A stretch of 64,000 bases of DNA from positions 146 to 64,145 of the forward strand of contig DATIHX010000011.1 of the NCBI GenBank assembly GCA_035480235.1, in the 5' to 3' direction. Position 1 is the first letter of the stretch, and each line of letters opens with the position of its first letter. Shown piece by piece: positions 40,141 to 48,252 of this stretch. The translations under genes were made by a program, and so were the position numbers. Source of the DNA: Candidatus Saccharimonadales bacterium. Lineage in GTDB: Bacteria > Patescibacteriota > UBA1384 > 2-12-FULL-50-11. A model generated the notes under the pieces. That model had not been told where the DNA came from. It saw only the letters and a list, made by a program, of their open reading frames with translations, and ran no database searches.

Positions 40141-41127
40141 AGTTTTAACGACATTATATCATTCCCGAACTTACTGGCCGCTTGGTCAGAGTTTTTGACC
40201 AATAAGCGGCGCAGAAAAGACCTCACGGCGTTTTCGCTTCATTTGACCGATAATCTTGTTGGGCTTCAACGTGACTTAGCGGGAAAAATTTATCGACACG
40301 GGACGTATCAGCCGTTTAAAATCAGCGACCCGAAACCGAGAGATATTCACAAAGCGATTGTTCGTGATCGCCTGGTTCATCACGCTATCTATCGAATATT
40401 GTACCCGTATTTTGACCGCCAGTTTATTTTTGATTCGTACTCTTGCCGGTTAAATAAAGGAACCCATCGAGCCATCAACCGTTTTCGAGAATTTGATTAC
40501 AAAGTTTCCCGTAATCAGACCCAAACCACTTGGGTTTTAAAGTGTGACATCCGGAAATTTTTTGCCAGCGTCGACCATAACGTTTTGAAAGAAGTTTTAG
40601 CCAAGCATATTGGCGACGAGGCAACGCTTTGGCTTTTGGCGGCAGTGATAGACAGTTTCTCAAACGACGGTAAGACCAACACGGGTTTGCCGCTGGGCAA
40701 TTTAACCAGCCAGCTTTTGGTTAACGTCTATATGAATGAATGCGACCAATTTGTTAAACGTGTTCTGAAGGTAAAGTATTACATCCGCTACGCTGATGAT
40801 TTTGTTGTCTTATCGGAGGACCGAGAGTATTTGGAAAAGGCTCTGGTGTCGATGGGCGATTTCTTAGTCGCAAAATTAAAACTCCAGCTTCATCCCGATA
40901 AAGTTTATATTAAAGCGCTGGCATCCGGCGTTGATTTCTTGGGCTGGGTTCACTTTTCTGACCACCGGGTGTTGCGCCAGACTACCAAACGGCGGATGTA
41001 CGGCCGGATGGCGGCTAGCCAAAAAGAGGAAACATATCAATCTTACCGCGGACTTTTAAGCCATGGTAATAGCTGGAAAACTAAACAACAATTGAGAAAT
41101 ATTTTTAATGAAGGACCCAGTGAATAA
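40033..41127 (+). CDS. DGR-type reverse transcriptase
   Basis: SFPNLLAAWSEF N-terminal block, KPRDIHKAIVRDRLVHHAI, SYSCRLNKGTHRA, LPLGNLTSQLLVNVYM and YIRYADDFVVL. The only canonical start upstream of the conserved N-terminus is ATG 40033, so the 5' 108 nt overlap avd antisense. Confidence 0.85.
   Translation: MGRNFHPEQIALFDPVDDRRIIERERERERVGRLRHSFNDIISFPNLLAAWSEFLTNKRRRKDLTAFSLHLTDNLVGLQRDLAGKIYRHGTYQPFKISDPKPRDIHKAIVRDRLVHHAIYRILYPYFDRQFIFDSYSCRLNKGTHRAINRFREFDYKVSRNQTQTTWVLKCDIRKFFASVDHNVLKEVLAKHIGDEATLWLLAAVIDSFSNDGKTNTGLPLGNLTSQLLVNVYMNECDQFVKRVLKVKYYIRYADDFVVLSEDREYLEKALVSMGDFLVAKLKLQLHPDKVYIKALASGVDFLGWVHFSDHRVLRQTTKRRMYGRMAASQKEETYQSYRGLLSHGNSWKTKQQLRNIFNEGPSE
40099..40123. repeat. 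(GA)12G dinucleotide microsatellite
   Basis: GAGAGAGAGAGAGAGAGAGAGAGAG counted directly. It reads SLSLSLSL in avd (minus strand) and ERERERER in the RT ORF (plus strand). Confidence 0.95.
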
Positions 41128-41170
41128 AACGCCATTGCTAATCCAGCCATTGCGATGCTACTGTTACTTT

Positions 41171-41377
41171 ATGCTAACCAAAGACGATCTCAAGGCTATT
41201 GGCCAACTAGTCGAATTCCAAACCGCTCCGATTGTTAAATCAATTGAAGGCTTGAAAAATGATGTAGGCGACCTTAAAACTGATGTTGTTGGCTTGAAAA
41301 CTGATGTAGGAGACCTTAAAAGTGATGTTTTTGGCTTGAAAACTGATATGAAAACGGTCAAAAAGGACGTCAAATAG
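41171..41377 (+). CDS. coiled-coil heptad-repeat protein ending at an in-frame TAG inside the repeat array
   Basis: MLTKDDLKAIGQLVE... followed by (G/D)LK(T/N)DV(G/V) units. The repeat and the open frame continue after the TAG to 41497. Confidence 0.45.
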   Translation: MLTKDDLKAIGQLVEFQTAPIVKSIEGLKNDVGDLKTDVVGLKTDVGDLKSDVFGLKTDMKTVKKDVK

Positions 41378-41416
41378 GTTCAAAAAGATGTTCGGAAAAT
41401 CAAAAAGGATATTAAT
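41249..41416 (+). repeat. eight tandem 21-nt (7-codon) repeats
   Basis: GGCTTGAAAAATGATGTAGGC / GACCTTAAAACTGATGTTGTT / ... . The seventh unit begins with TAG (41375-41377). Confidence 0.8.
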
Positions 41417-41493
41417 GTTTTTATAGCTGTTTTTGACGATCAGGACATTAATCTCCGACAGCGAATTGAGCGGTTAGAGGAACAAGTTAGCAT

Positions 41494-42261
41494 CTAGCCA
41501 CTCGCTGCTTGGAGCAAATTGGCGAAAAGTTGAGTGACGGTCAGCGGGCCAACGGCGCCTTTGGTTGGCGTAATGGCGGTGACGAGTTTTTCGATGGCAG
41601 CAGCTTCAACGTCGACGCCGGAGCCGTCAACAACCACCATCGTTGAATTAACCATTTCGGCACTGACTAGTCCTGGGACGCCAGTGCAAGCGATCAGTAA
41701 ATCGTGCTGGCGGATCTTGTGAGCGTGTTTTTCGGCCTCGCTGCTGATCTGCTCAAACGACCAGCCGTTAGAGCGAAAAAGTTCAGCGAGCGGCGCCCCA
41801 ACCAACCGGCCCTCGCCTAAAATGATCGTCTGGCGGGTGGCTGGGTCGATATTATTTGCTCGAAGTAGGTCAATAATGCCTTGCGGCGTCGACCAAGGTT
41901 TTTGAATATGGTTTTGCAAATTATCGACGTCTTTGGCCGGTAAAATTGTATCGATTAGTTTTTGGGTGTCGATATGTTTGGGTAGCGGCAGTTGCAACAC
42001 AATACCGTGAATATCTTTGCGGGTGTTCAAACCTTTAATTAGGGCTGCCAGCTGCCGGGTTTCAACGGCCTCAAAATGGTGCAAGAAGAATTGGCAATCG
42101 AGTTTTTTACTCAAACGCTCTTTAGCCCGGATGAAGGCGGCGGTGGCCGGGTCGTCACCGACCCAAATTAAGGCTAGCCCTGGCTGAATAGTTATTTTTT
42201 TTCGGGCCGCTCGTAGTTCTAATTCGCGCTCGGCCAATAATTTTTTGGCATCGAGCAGCAT
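41494..42261 (-). CDS. folD: methylenetetrahydrofolate dehydrogenase/cyclohydrolase
   Basis: GLALIWVGDDPATAAFIRAK, GIVLQLPLPKHID and DVDNL motifs. Short form, 255 aa. Confidence 0.85.
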   Translation of the reverse strand: MLLDAKKLLAERELELRAARKKITIQPGLALIWVGDDPATAAFIRAKERLSKKLDCQFFLHHFEAVETRQLAALIKGLNTRKDIHGIVLQLPLPKHIDTQKLIDTILPAKDVDNLQNHIQKPWSTPQGIIDLLRANNIDPATRQTIILGEGRLVGAPLAELFRSNGWSFEQISSEAEKHAHKIRQHDLLIACTGVPGLVSAEMVNSTMVVVDGSGVDVEAAAIEKLVTAITPTKGAVGPLTVTQLFANLLQAASG

Positions 42262-42264
42262 CGG

Positions 42265-42915
42265 TTATTTACTCGCTTTGGCACTGTCAAAAAACGTCTG
42301 CCACTGCGCTACCGTTTGAACGCCGGTGACTTTTTTGCCGTTGACGTAAAATGTTGGTGTTTGATCGACGCCGATCGACGTGCCGTAATCGGCGTCGGTT
42401 TTAATGTAAGCCTTCACCGCGTCGGAGTTGTAATCGCTTTTGAATTTATTGCTATCAAGGCCTAGCTCGCGGGCGTAACCCAAGAAAACCCCGGCCGGTT
42501 CCGATACGTTTTCCCAGGCCGTCTGCCGGTCGTAAATAAGGTTGTGCATTTCAAAATATTTGCCCTGTTTACCGGCCGCTTCAGCGGCGTAAGCAGCGGC
42601 TAAGGCATTATTATGTTGCGGCAGTGGGAAATTGCGGAAAATAAATTGGACGGTGGTGGCGTTGTTCTTCAAGGCTTGGCGCAGGGCTGGTTCAGCCTGG
42701 GCGCAAAATGGGCACTGGAAATCGCCAAATTCCACAATCTTTACCGGCGCCGCGTCGCCCGCACCCTCCTTATGACCGACGCTGGTATTGATGTTTGTCA
42801 CATCGCCGCTGGTTGTTCTCGAACTCTTACCGCGGCTAGTGATTAAGACAATCCCGCCGATAATAATGATGGCCGCCGCCGCCACACCGATAAAAAATTT
42901 ACTGTCGCTAGTCAT
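42265..42915 (-). CDS. DsbA-family thiol:disulfide oxidoreductase (membrane-anchored)
   Basis: FGDFQCPFCAQ active site. N-terminal TM segment. Confidence 0.8.
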   Translation of the reverse strand: MTSDSKFFIGVAAAAIIIIGGIVLITSRGKSSRTTSGDVTNINTSVGHKEGAGDAAPVKIVEFGDFQCPFCAQAEPALRQALKNNATTVQFIFRNFPLPQHNNALAAAYAAEAAGKQGKYFEMHNLIYDRQTAWENVSEPAGVFLGYARELGLDSNKFKSDYNSDAVKAYIKTDADYGTSIGVDQTPTFYVNGKKVTGVQTVAQWQTFFDSAKASK

Positions 42916-43324
42916 TGGTAAGCTCCTTTCTGGAAGTTAACGTTAAGAGAAAAATAATCACCACCGCAGCGAGCGAGCTCAAACACCAAGTGCAATAAGC
43001 GTGGATTTTAAAGGCTTCCAAGCCCAATAAATATAAACTAAAAACCACACCGCCAACCGACCAGACCAAGAAATAAAACCAAGGGTAGGTCCGTTTGAAA
43101 AAGGCCAAATAAGCCAAAATCAGCCCAGCCGCGTACCAAATCAAACCCCAGACAGCCACTGAAACGCCGAATAACCAAGCGTAGCGGCTAGAGAGAACGG
43201 TTTCGCAGGCGCCGCCGATCGAGCAGGCGACGCTTTCCGGGTGGTGGGCTTTGAGCGTTAAGTAGAGCGAAACCAAAAACCCGAAAATAATTAAGACAAA
43301 TAGCGCTTTAGCTCGGGCCGACAT
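42908..43324 (-). CDS. vitamin K epoxide reductase (VKOR)-family protein
   Basis: CSIGGACETVLSSRYA loop cysteines and CTWC active site. Four TM segments. Start at MSARAK (43324). 8-nt overlap with the DsbA-like gene. Confidence 0.75.
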   Translation of the reverse strand: MSARAKALFVLIIFGFLVSLYLTLKAHHPESVACSIGGACETVLSSRYAWLFGVSVAVWGLIWYAAGLILAYLAFFKRTYPWFYFLVWSVGGVVFSLYLLGLEAFKIHAYCTWCLSSLAAVVIIFLLTLTSRKELTND

Positions 43325-43370
43325 CTGCTTGATACTAGCACCGAGCTGAAAAAAGTGAAAGGGTAAAACT

Positions 43371-44042
43371 ATGCGCCTCAACCACTTTTTAGCGGCTGCC
43401 GGCCTGGCCAGCCGGCGAGCCGCCGATAAATTGATCACCGGCGGGCAAGTGAAAGTGAACGACCAAACAGTGACAGAACTGGGCACAAAGGTTGATCCAG
43501 CTGCCGATAGGGTCGTCTACAACGGCAAAAAAATAACCCTCGAAGAAAAAATCGTGACGTATTTGTTGAATAAACCCCGCGGCGTGGTGACGACTGCTCA
43601 CGACCCGGATGGCAAACGAACGGTCCTTGATTTGGTGCCAAAATTACCGCGCGTTTTTCCCTGCGGCCGGCTGGACGAAGAAACGCAGGGCTTAGTGGTT
43701 TTAACCAACGACGGCAACCTTTGCTTCCAACTGACCCACCCGCGCTTCGAACATGAAAAGGAGTATGTAGTTCATGCCACCGCCAAAAACCCCGCCGCGG
43801 CGCTGGAGAAACTCCGAAGCGGCGTAACGCTCACCGACGGCCCAGCTAAAGCCGACCGCCTGACTGACGTCACAATCAAGGGCCAGAAAGTGATTTTTAC
43901 CATCATTATTCACGAAGGCCGCAACCGCATCGTCCGCCGGATGAGCGCCAAAGCCGGCCTGGAAGTTACTTCGCTCACCCGGATTCGGGTGGGTAAATAT
44001 CGCCTCGGCGAGCTAAAACCAGGCCAGTGGCGAACTATTTAA
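43371..44042 (+). CDS. RsuA/RluB-family pseudouridine synthase
   Basis: S4 domain (MRLNHFLAAAGLASRRAADKLI) and catalytic GRLDEETQGLVVLTNDG. Confidence 0.85.
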   Translation: MRLNHFLAAAGLASRRAADKLITGGQVKVNDQTVTELGTKVDPAADRVVYNGKKITLEEKIVTYLLNKPRGVVTTAHDPDGKRTVLDLVPKLPRVFPCGRLDEETQGLVVLTNDGNLCFQLTHPRFEHEKEYVVHATAKNPAAALEKLRSGVTLTDGPAKADRLTDVTIKGQKVIFTIIIHEGRNRIVRRMSAKAGLEVTSLTRIRVGKYRLGELKPGQWRTI

Positions 44043-44083
44043 CCTCGATTTACTCGGTGGAATTGGGTATAATTAGTCAATCC

Positions 44084-44155
44084 GGGCCAGTAGTTCAGTG
44101 GTAGAACAACGGACTCTTAATCCGTGTGTCGTGGGTTCAATCCCCACCTGGCCCA
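44084..44155 (+). tRNA. tRNA-Lys (CUU)
   Basis: GGGCCAGTAGTTCAGTGGTAGAACAACGGACTCTTAATCCGTGTGTCGTGGGTTCAATCCCCACCTGGCCCA, with anticodon loop CTCTTAA. TATAAT at 44068-44073. Confidence 0.9.
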
Positions 44156-44183
44156 CACCACAAAGTCGGTGTAGAGTGGGGGC

Positions 44184-44783
44184 ATGACCGTCTTCGGGAT
44201 CGACTTGAAAGCGCTAATTGTTAATTACGGGCCGCTGGCAGTTTTTGTAATTTTGTTTGCCGAAAGTTCGTTCGTTTTTTTCTTACCGGGCGACAGTCTG
44301 CTGTTTGTGGCCGGCATTTTAGTTAGCCAACACTTACTGGGTTTCTGGCCGACAATTTTGCTGGGCTTAGTCGGTGCCGTACTGGGCAATAATTTTGGCT
44401 ATTATTTAGGCAAACGCTTCGGCCCGCCGCTGTTTTCTTTAAACCGCTGGTTTTTGTTTAAACGCGAGCATGTTGATAAAGTCCAAAAATATTACGAACA
44501 TTACGGGCCGTTGACGGTGGTGTTGGCCCGCTTTATTCCGGCCGTTCGGACGATCGCCCCGATCGCCGCCGGCGTGGGTAATATGAATTACCGCAGTTTC
44601 TTTATTTATAACGTGGGTGGCGCGGCTTTGTGGCTGCTACTGGTCACTGCTGCTGGCTACTTTTTGGGTCGCACCGTGCCGAATATCGATCACTACATTC
44701 TGCCAATTATCGCCGCCGTAATTGTTGTGTCGTTTATTCCTGGGACTATCGCTTACGTCCGCCATCGGCTAAAAAACCGTTAG
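44184..44783 (+). CDS. DedA-family membrane protein
   Basis: FFLPGDSLLFVAGIL and RFIPAVRTIAPIAAG motifs. Confidence 0.85.
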   Translation: MTVFGIDLKALIVNYGPLAVFVILFAESSFVFFLPGDSLLFVAGILVSQHLLGFWPTILLGLVGAVLGNNFGYYLGKRFGPPLFSLNRWFLFKREHVDKVQKYYEHYGPLTVVLARFIPAVRTIAPIAAGVGNMNYRSFFIYNVGGAALWLLLVTAAGYFLGRTVPNIDHYILPIIAAVIVVSFIPGTIAYVRHRLKNR

Positions 44784-45031
44784 CGCTTGGCCGGCAAGAC
44801 CCGGCCAAGCTCACTCAACCAATTACCGATCACTGGCAAGCCGCCGAAATGGCGAACTAAATAGGCGATAAGGGCCAGCACAATCGCTACGCCGATGGTG
44901 GCGCCCAGCCCGGAAAGTAGACCGGCCAGAAAACTCCGCCAAAGCAAAGCTTTGGTAGTGCCGTAGGTATGCTGAATCGCGCTGGTTAAGGCTTGTAAGT
45001 GTTGTTCCAACTCTTTTTCTTCGTAGTCCAT
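44780..45031 (-). CDS. small membrane protein, hypothetical
   Basis: MDYEEKELEQHLQ... with one or two TM segments. The track ORF start at 45151 is unlikely. Confidence 0.45.
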   Translation of the reverse strand: MDYEEKELEQHLQALTSAIQHTYGTTKALLWRSFLAGLLSGLGATIGVAIVLALIAYLVRHFGGLPVIGNWLSELGRVLPAKR

Positions 45032-45066
45032 CTTAATTATCGTAACAAAATATCCGGTGATTAGCT

Positions 45067-45080
45067 GTGCGCCGGGCTGG
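45067..45080 (-). pseudogene. 3'-end fragment resembling tRNA-Arg(UCG)
   Basis: GTGCGCCGGGCTGG versus GTGCGCCCGGCTGG at 45196-45209 (13/14). Short, so weak on its own. Confidence 0.35.
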
Positions 45081-45196
45081 GGCGTCACTCGCTCGCGCTC
45101 GTTCACCTGGCTTCGCCAGCTACGCCAGGTCGAACCTGGTTCGAATCGCAATCAGACGAACAATAATTCCCCGAAGCGCGGGGGATTTTCATTCAG

Positions 45197-45270
45197 TGCG
45201 CCCGGCTGGATTCGAACCAGCGACCCTCTGTTCCGAAGACAGATACTCTAATCCGCTGAGCTACGGGCGC
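45197..45270 (-). tRNA. tRNA-Arg (UCG)
   Basis: GCGCCCGTAGCTCAGCGGATTAGAGTATCTGTCTTCGGAACAGAGGGTCGCTGGTTCGAATCCAGCCGGGCGCA, with anticodon loop CTTCGGA. Confidence 0.9.
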
Positions 45271-45333
45271 AAATTGTGAACGAAGCGAACAATGCGGCGA
45301 CCGGAGCAAGGGGGATAAGGATTATCAACTTGG

Positions 45334-45352
45334 TCCGCTGAGCTACGGGCGC
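45334..45352 (-). pseudogene. 5' fragment of tRNA-Arg(UCG) (acceptor strand to D-loop)
   Basis: 19/19 nt identical to 45252-45270 (GCGCCCGTAGCTCAGCGGA on the minus strand). Confidence 0.75.
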
Positions 45353-45385
45353 CTACTAGTATTTTACTTTTTTACCTGAAGATTG

Positions 45386-45421
45386 CCAGAAAAGGGCAGC
45401 GCCCGACATGAAGTCGGGCGC
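45386..45421 (-). terminator. terminator-like hairpin after the 45496..46092 gene
   Basis: GCGCCCGAC (45399-45407) / GTCGGGCGC (45413-45421). The minus strand continues TGCCCTTTTCTGG. Confidence 0.45.
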
Positions 45422-45495
45422 GAATTCGAATCGCCAAGACCATTTGGCGACGGGTGCTTCAATCACAAACCCTCGATTGAAGCGGGGCGGGGTGT

Positions 45496-46092
45496 TTAGG
45501 TGCTTAAAGCGTCCGGGGAAGTTGGGGGCTTTTTCACAAGATATTCCCTGCCGTTCCAAGGCGCTTGGATGAGCTGGTTGGGCAATGCCATTTCTAGCGG
45601 CGCCACCCGCTCATCCCCCCTCCCAAAGAAGTGCAGCTCTGCTCCCTCCAAGGTTTGAGCTGTCTCACCCCTTCTGGTTCTGGCCAATCGAGAGATGTTC
45701 TCATCGGGCAGAATCAGCACAAGGCACGGTGAATAGTCACCATCACCAGTCGGCTGAAGGCAAACGGCCGCAGTTCCCTCCGGCAGGCAAAACTTGCCTG
45801 ACGAGGCGGCCTCGATCATTTGCTCCAGCGTGTCAACGATGGGGCTAGAAGTTGCTCGTTTTTCTTTGAGCAGCCTCTCCCGATCTCTGATTTCTCGCTC
45901 CGGTATCCCCTCCCCCAATCTCATGAGGTCAATATATTGCTGGTCGGCACGACATTCGCTTTCGTTAGTCTTCACGACAGACTCTTTAAACGAACGGAGT
46001 GCTAGGGCGAAATTACCCAAAAATAATGGGTGTTCCAATAGTACCGCGGGTTTCGCGGCGAGTGACGACGATGCAGATAATGTACCATTCAT
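45496..46092 (-). CDS. hypothetical protein
   Basis: ORF track (start trimmed to MNGTLSAS). No motif recognised. Confidence 0.4.
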   Translation of the reverse strand: MNGTLSASSSLAAKPAVLLEHPLFLGNFALALRSFKESVVKTNESECRADQQYIDLMRLGEGIPEREIRDRERLLKEKRATSSPIVDTLEQMIEAASSGKFCLPEGTAAVCLQPTGDGDYSPCLVLILPDENISRLARTRRGETAQTLEGAELHFFGRGDERVAPLEMALPNQLIQAPWNGREYLVKKPPTSPDALST

Positions 46093-46250
46093 CCGTGTGG
46101 TACTCCTTTTTGTGTTGTGCACCAAGCCAATTCGCGCTAGGCAAACTGGTTTGGGCCTATAATTTAGCATTTTATTGGCCGTTTGTGAAGGCGATGCTGC
46201 CAACGGTTCAAATTAAGCCAAATTTCCAGTAAAATTAAGAAGTTCGTCAT

Positions 46251-46322
46251 GGTGCTTGTAGCTCAATGGTAGAGCGTCCGGTTGTGGTCCGGTTGACGGA
46301 GGTTCAATTCCTCTCAAGCACC
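46251..46322 (+). tRNA. tRNA-His (GUG) with encoded G-1
   Basis: G-GTGCTTGTAGCTCAATGGTAGAGCGTCCGGTTGTGGTCCGGTTGACGGAGGTTCAATTCCTCTCAAGCACC. The extra 5' G opposite discriminator C is the His identity feature. Confidence 0.9.
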
Positions 46323-46420
46323 CAGAATTCAGGTTAGTAGCATATGCTATTTTAATAATAGCGGGGGCATCGGCTACGGAAATTTTTAGAAAAGCCCCGG
46401 TGAAGGGGCGAAGCAAGGCG

Positions 46421-46732
46421 TTAAGCGTTTGGTTGGCGCTGGCAGTACCGGATGTACCACTCATCCACGTAGGCGCCAAATGAGTCGTTGATCCGGTACT
46501 CCTCCGGCTCGTCATTCCACTGGGCGTAAGCGCTGTCCGGTGAATGCGTCAGCGCTACCCGGTCGTCAACTGGATGATGCTCTTGGCAAAAAACCTGCCA
46601 AGCGGCCGGTGGCCAACTGGCTTCAGCGTTTTGAAGGGTCGCAGCTACATGATCCCAACCATCAACTATTGCACTCTGGTCAGTGTGGGCCGGCGCCGCC
46701 GTACCAAGCGAAGAAAGGCCGTTCGATAACAT
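46421..46732 (-). CDS. hypothetical protein
   Basis: ORF track (start trimmed to MLSNG). No motif recognised. Confidence 0.35.
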   Translation of the reverse strand: MLSNGLSSLGTAAPAHTDQSAIVDGWDHVAATLQNAEASWPPAAWQVFCQEHHPVDDRVALTHSPDSAYAQWNDEPEEYRINDSFGAYVDEWYIRYCQRQPNA

Positions 46733-46850
46733 AAAGTACCCCCGAACAAGTGATACCGCCAACCGTATCACTCTTCGGTCTATCTGTCAAGAGTTAACTG
46801 GTTGAAGTAGGGCCTTGCAGCCGCTTCGTAGAGCGGTTACGGTGGTACTA

Positions 46851-48251
46851 ATGGCTAGCCGTTCCAAGCTTTTAGGGTGGGGAGTAATTATCTGTCTGGT
46901 GATCATTGGAGGGGCTTTTTTGATTTACAAATTAGGAGCCAGTTCTCCGGCCACACCGGCCCCAAAACCGTTAACCACCACGACGACCACCGGAACTTGC
47001 GGAGTAGTCCCGCTCGACGTCTTGCTAGTTATCGACCGCTCGGAAAGTATGGTTAACCCGGCCAATAATACCGGCACGCCGCCCCAGACGCGGCTTTATT
47101 ACGCCGAACACGCTGCCGATGCGCTGGTTGACCAACTCGATCAAAATGGCGGCCTCGGCGGCCGGGATCATCCAGCCCACCAAATTGGGGTAATCAGCTT
47201 CGCTGGCACAGGCGCTAGTGGCGTTACTATTAACGTGCCGCTTGGCAACAGCAGCGCTGCCGCTGCCAAAAACGCCATTAATAATTTACAGCCCGGTAGT
47301 AGCACGCCGTTTAAACAAGCGCTTCAGATCGCAACCCAAGAGATGAGCGGTCATCATCGCAACTTGTATAACGCCAGACCGGTTGAACGGGTAGTAATTT
47401 TCCTTTCCGACGGTAGCCCCGTCCCAGCCGATACCGCCACCCCCGCGCTTAACGATATTACTAATTACGTCGCCAGCGCCGACGTTGCCTATGCCATTGC
47501 CATTGGCCAAAATAAAGATGGGCAAATTAGCCAAGGCCAAGGTGTCGACATTAACTTAATGGGCCGCTTAGCTAAGCCAGCGCCCGCCAATTTGCACCAG
47601 GTAACGACCGCCGACCAACTGCCTAGCCTTTTCAGTAACATTTTTACGCAAATTGCCTGCCAGTCGGCCGACTTATCGCTGAACCAAGCCGTTGATCAAG
47701 CCGCGCCAAAGCAAAACGACACGGTTACTTTTACCTTGACGGTTAACAACACTGGCCCCGACACGGCCAACAACATTACCGTTAAAGACGCGCTACCAAC
47801 TGGTTTAACGGCCACGACACCGCTGCCGGCCGGTTACGACGGCACCACCTGGACCGTGGGCACCATCGCCACCGGCGCCAAGGCCGCCCTAACAATTGCC
47901 GCCAAAGTGGGTGCCGTTGCCACCACCAAAATCACTAACACCGCCGAAATAATGAGTTCCAGCGTTGCCGACCCCGATTCCACGCCCGGTAACGGTGTGA
48001 CGACCGAAGACGACTACGCCACCACTGCCCTGACAGTGGCCGCCGCGGCTACCACCGTAACCCCGCCCGATACCACTGTTGCCACCCCGCCGGCCACGCC
48101 GACACCGACGCCGGCCGCCCCTGCAGCCACCCCGACGGCGGCACCGTCTAGCGGTTTCGGTGGGCTGGGCCAGCTGTTTTACGGCTTAATTTTATTAACG
48201 CTGGTTGGTTTTGGCTTGATTGCCCAGCAAATTCGCCGAGCCAAAGCTTAA
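46851..48251 (+). CDS. surface protein: signal anchor, vWA domain, DUF11-type repeat, Thr/Pro-rich stalk, C-terminal TM anchor
   Basis: MIDAS DVLLVIDRSESM. TVTFTLTVNNTGPDTANNITVKDALPTGL is typical of the conserved-repeat (DUF11) domain. The C-terminus is hydrophobic plus RRAKA, but no LPXTG was seen. Confidence 0.8.
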   Translation: MASRSKLLGWGVIICLVIIGGAFLIYKLGASSPATPAPKPLTTTTTTGTCGVVPLDVLLVIDRSESMVNPANNTGTPPQTRLYYAEHAADALVDQLDQNGGLGGRDHPAHQIGVISFAGTGASGVTINVPLGNSSAAAAKNAINNLQPGSSTPFKQALQIATQEMSGHHRNLYNARPVERVVIFLSDGSPVPADTATPALNDITNYVASADVAYAIAIGQNKDGQISQGQGVDINLMGRLAKPAPANLHQVTTADQLPSLFSNIFTQIACQSADLSLNQAVDQAAPKQNDTVTFTLTVNNTGPDTANNITVKDALPTGLTATTPLPAGYDGTTWTVGTIATGAKAALTIAAKVGAVATTKITNTAEIMSSSVADPDSTPGNGVTTEDDYATTALTVAAAATTVTPPDTTVATPPATPTPTPAAPAATPTAAPSSGFGGLGQLFYGLILLTLVGFGLIAQQIRRAKA

Positions 48252-48252
48252 A

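Larger units (their letters stand above)
37272..41127 (+). mobile_element. diversity-generating retroelement locus (target gene/VR, TR, inverted avd-like gene, RT)
   Basis: See the component features. The VR/TR pair has adenine-only mismatches and sits next to a YADD reverse transcriptase. Confidence 0.9.

Noticed and set aside
41249-41416. Regularly spaced 21-nt repeats, considered as a possible CRISPR array.
   Set aside because: The units are contiguous with no spacers, in frame, and encode a heptad coiled-coil. No CRISPR-like repeat-spacer structure or cas genes occur anywhere in the window.
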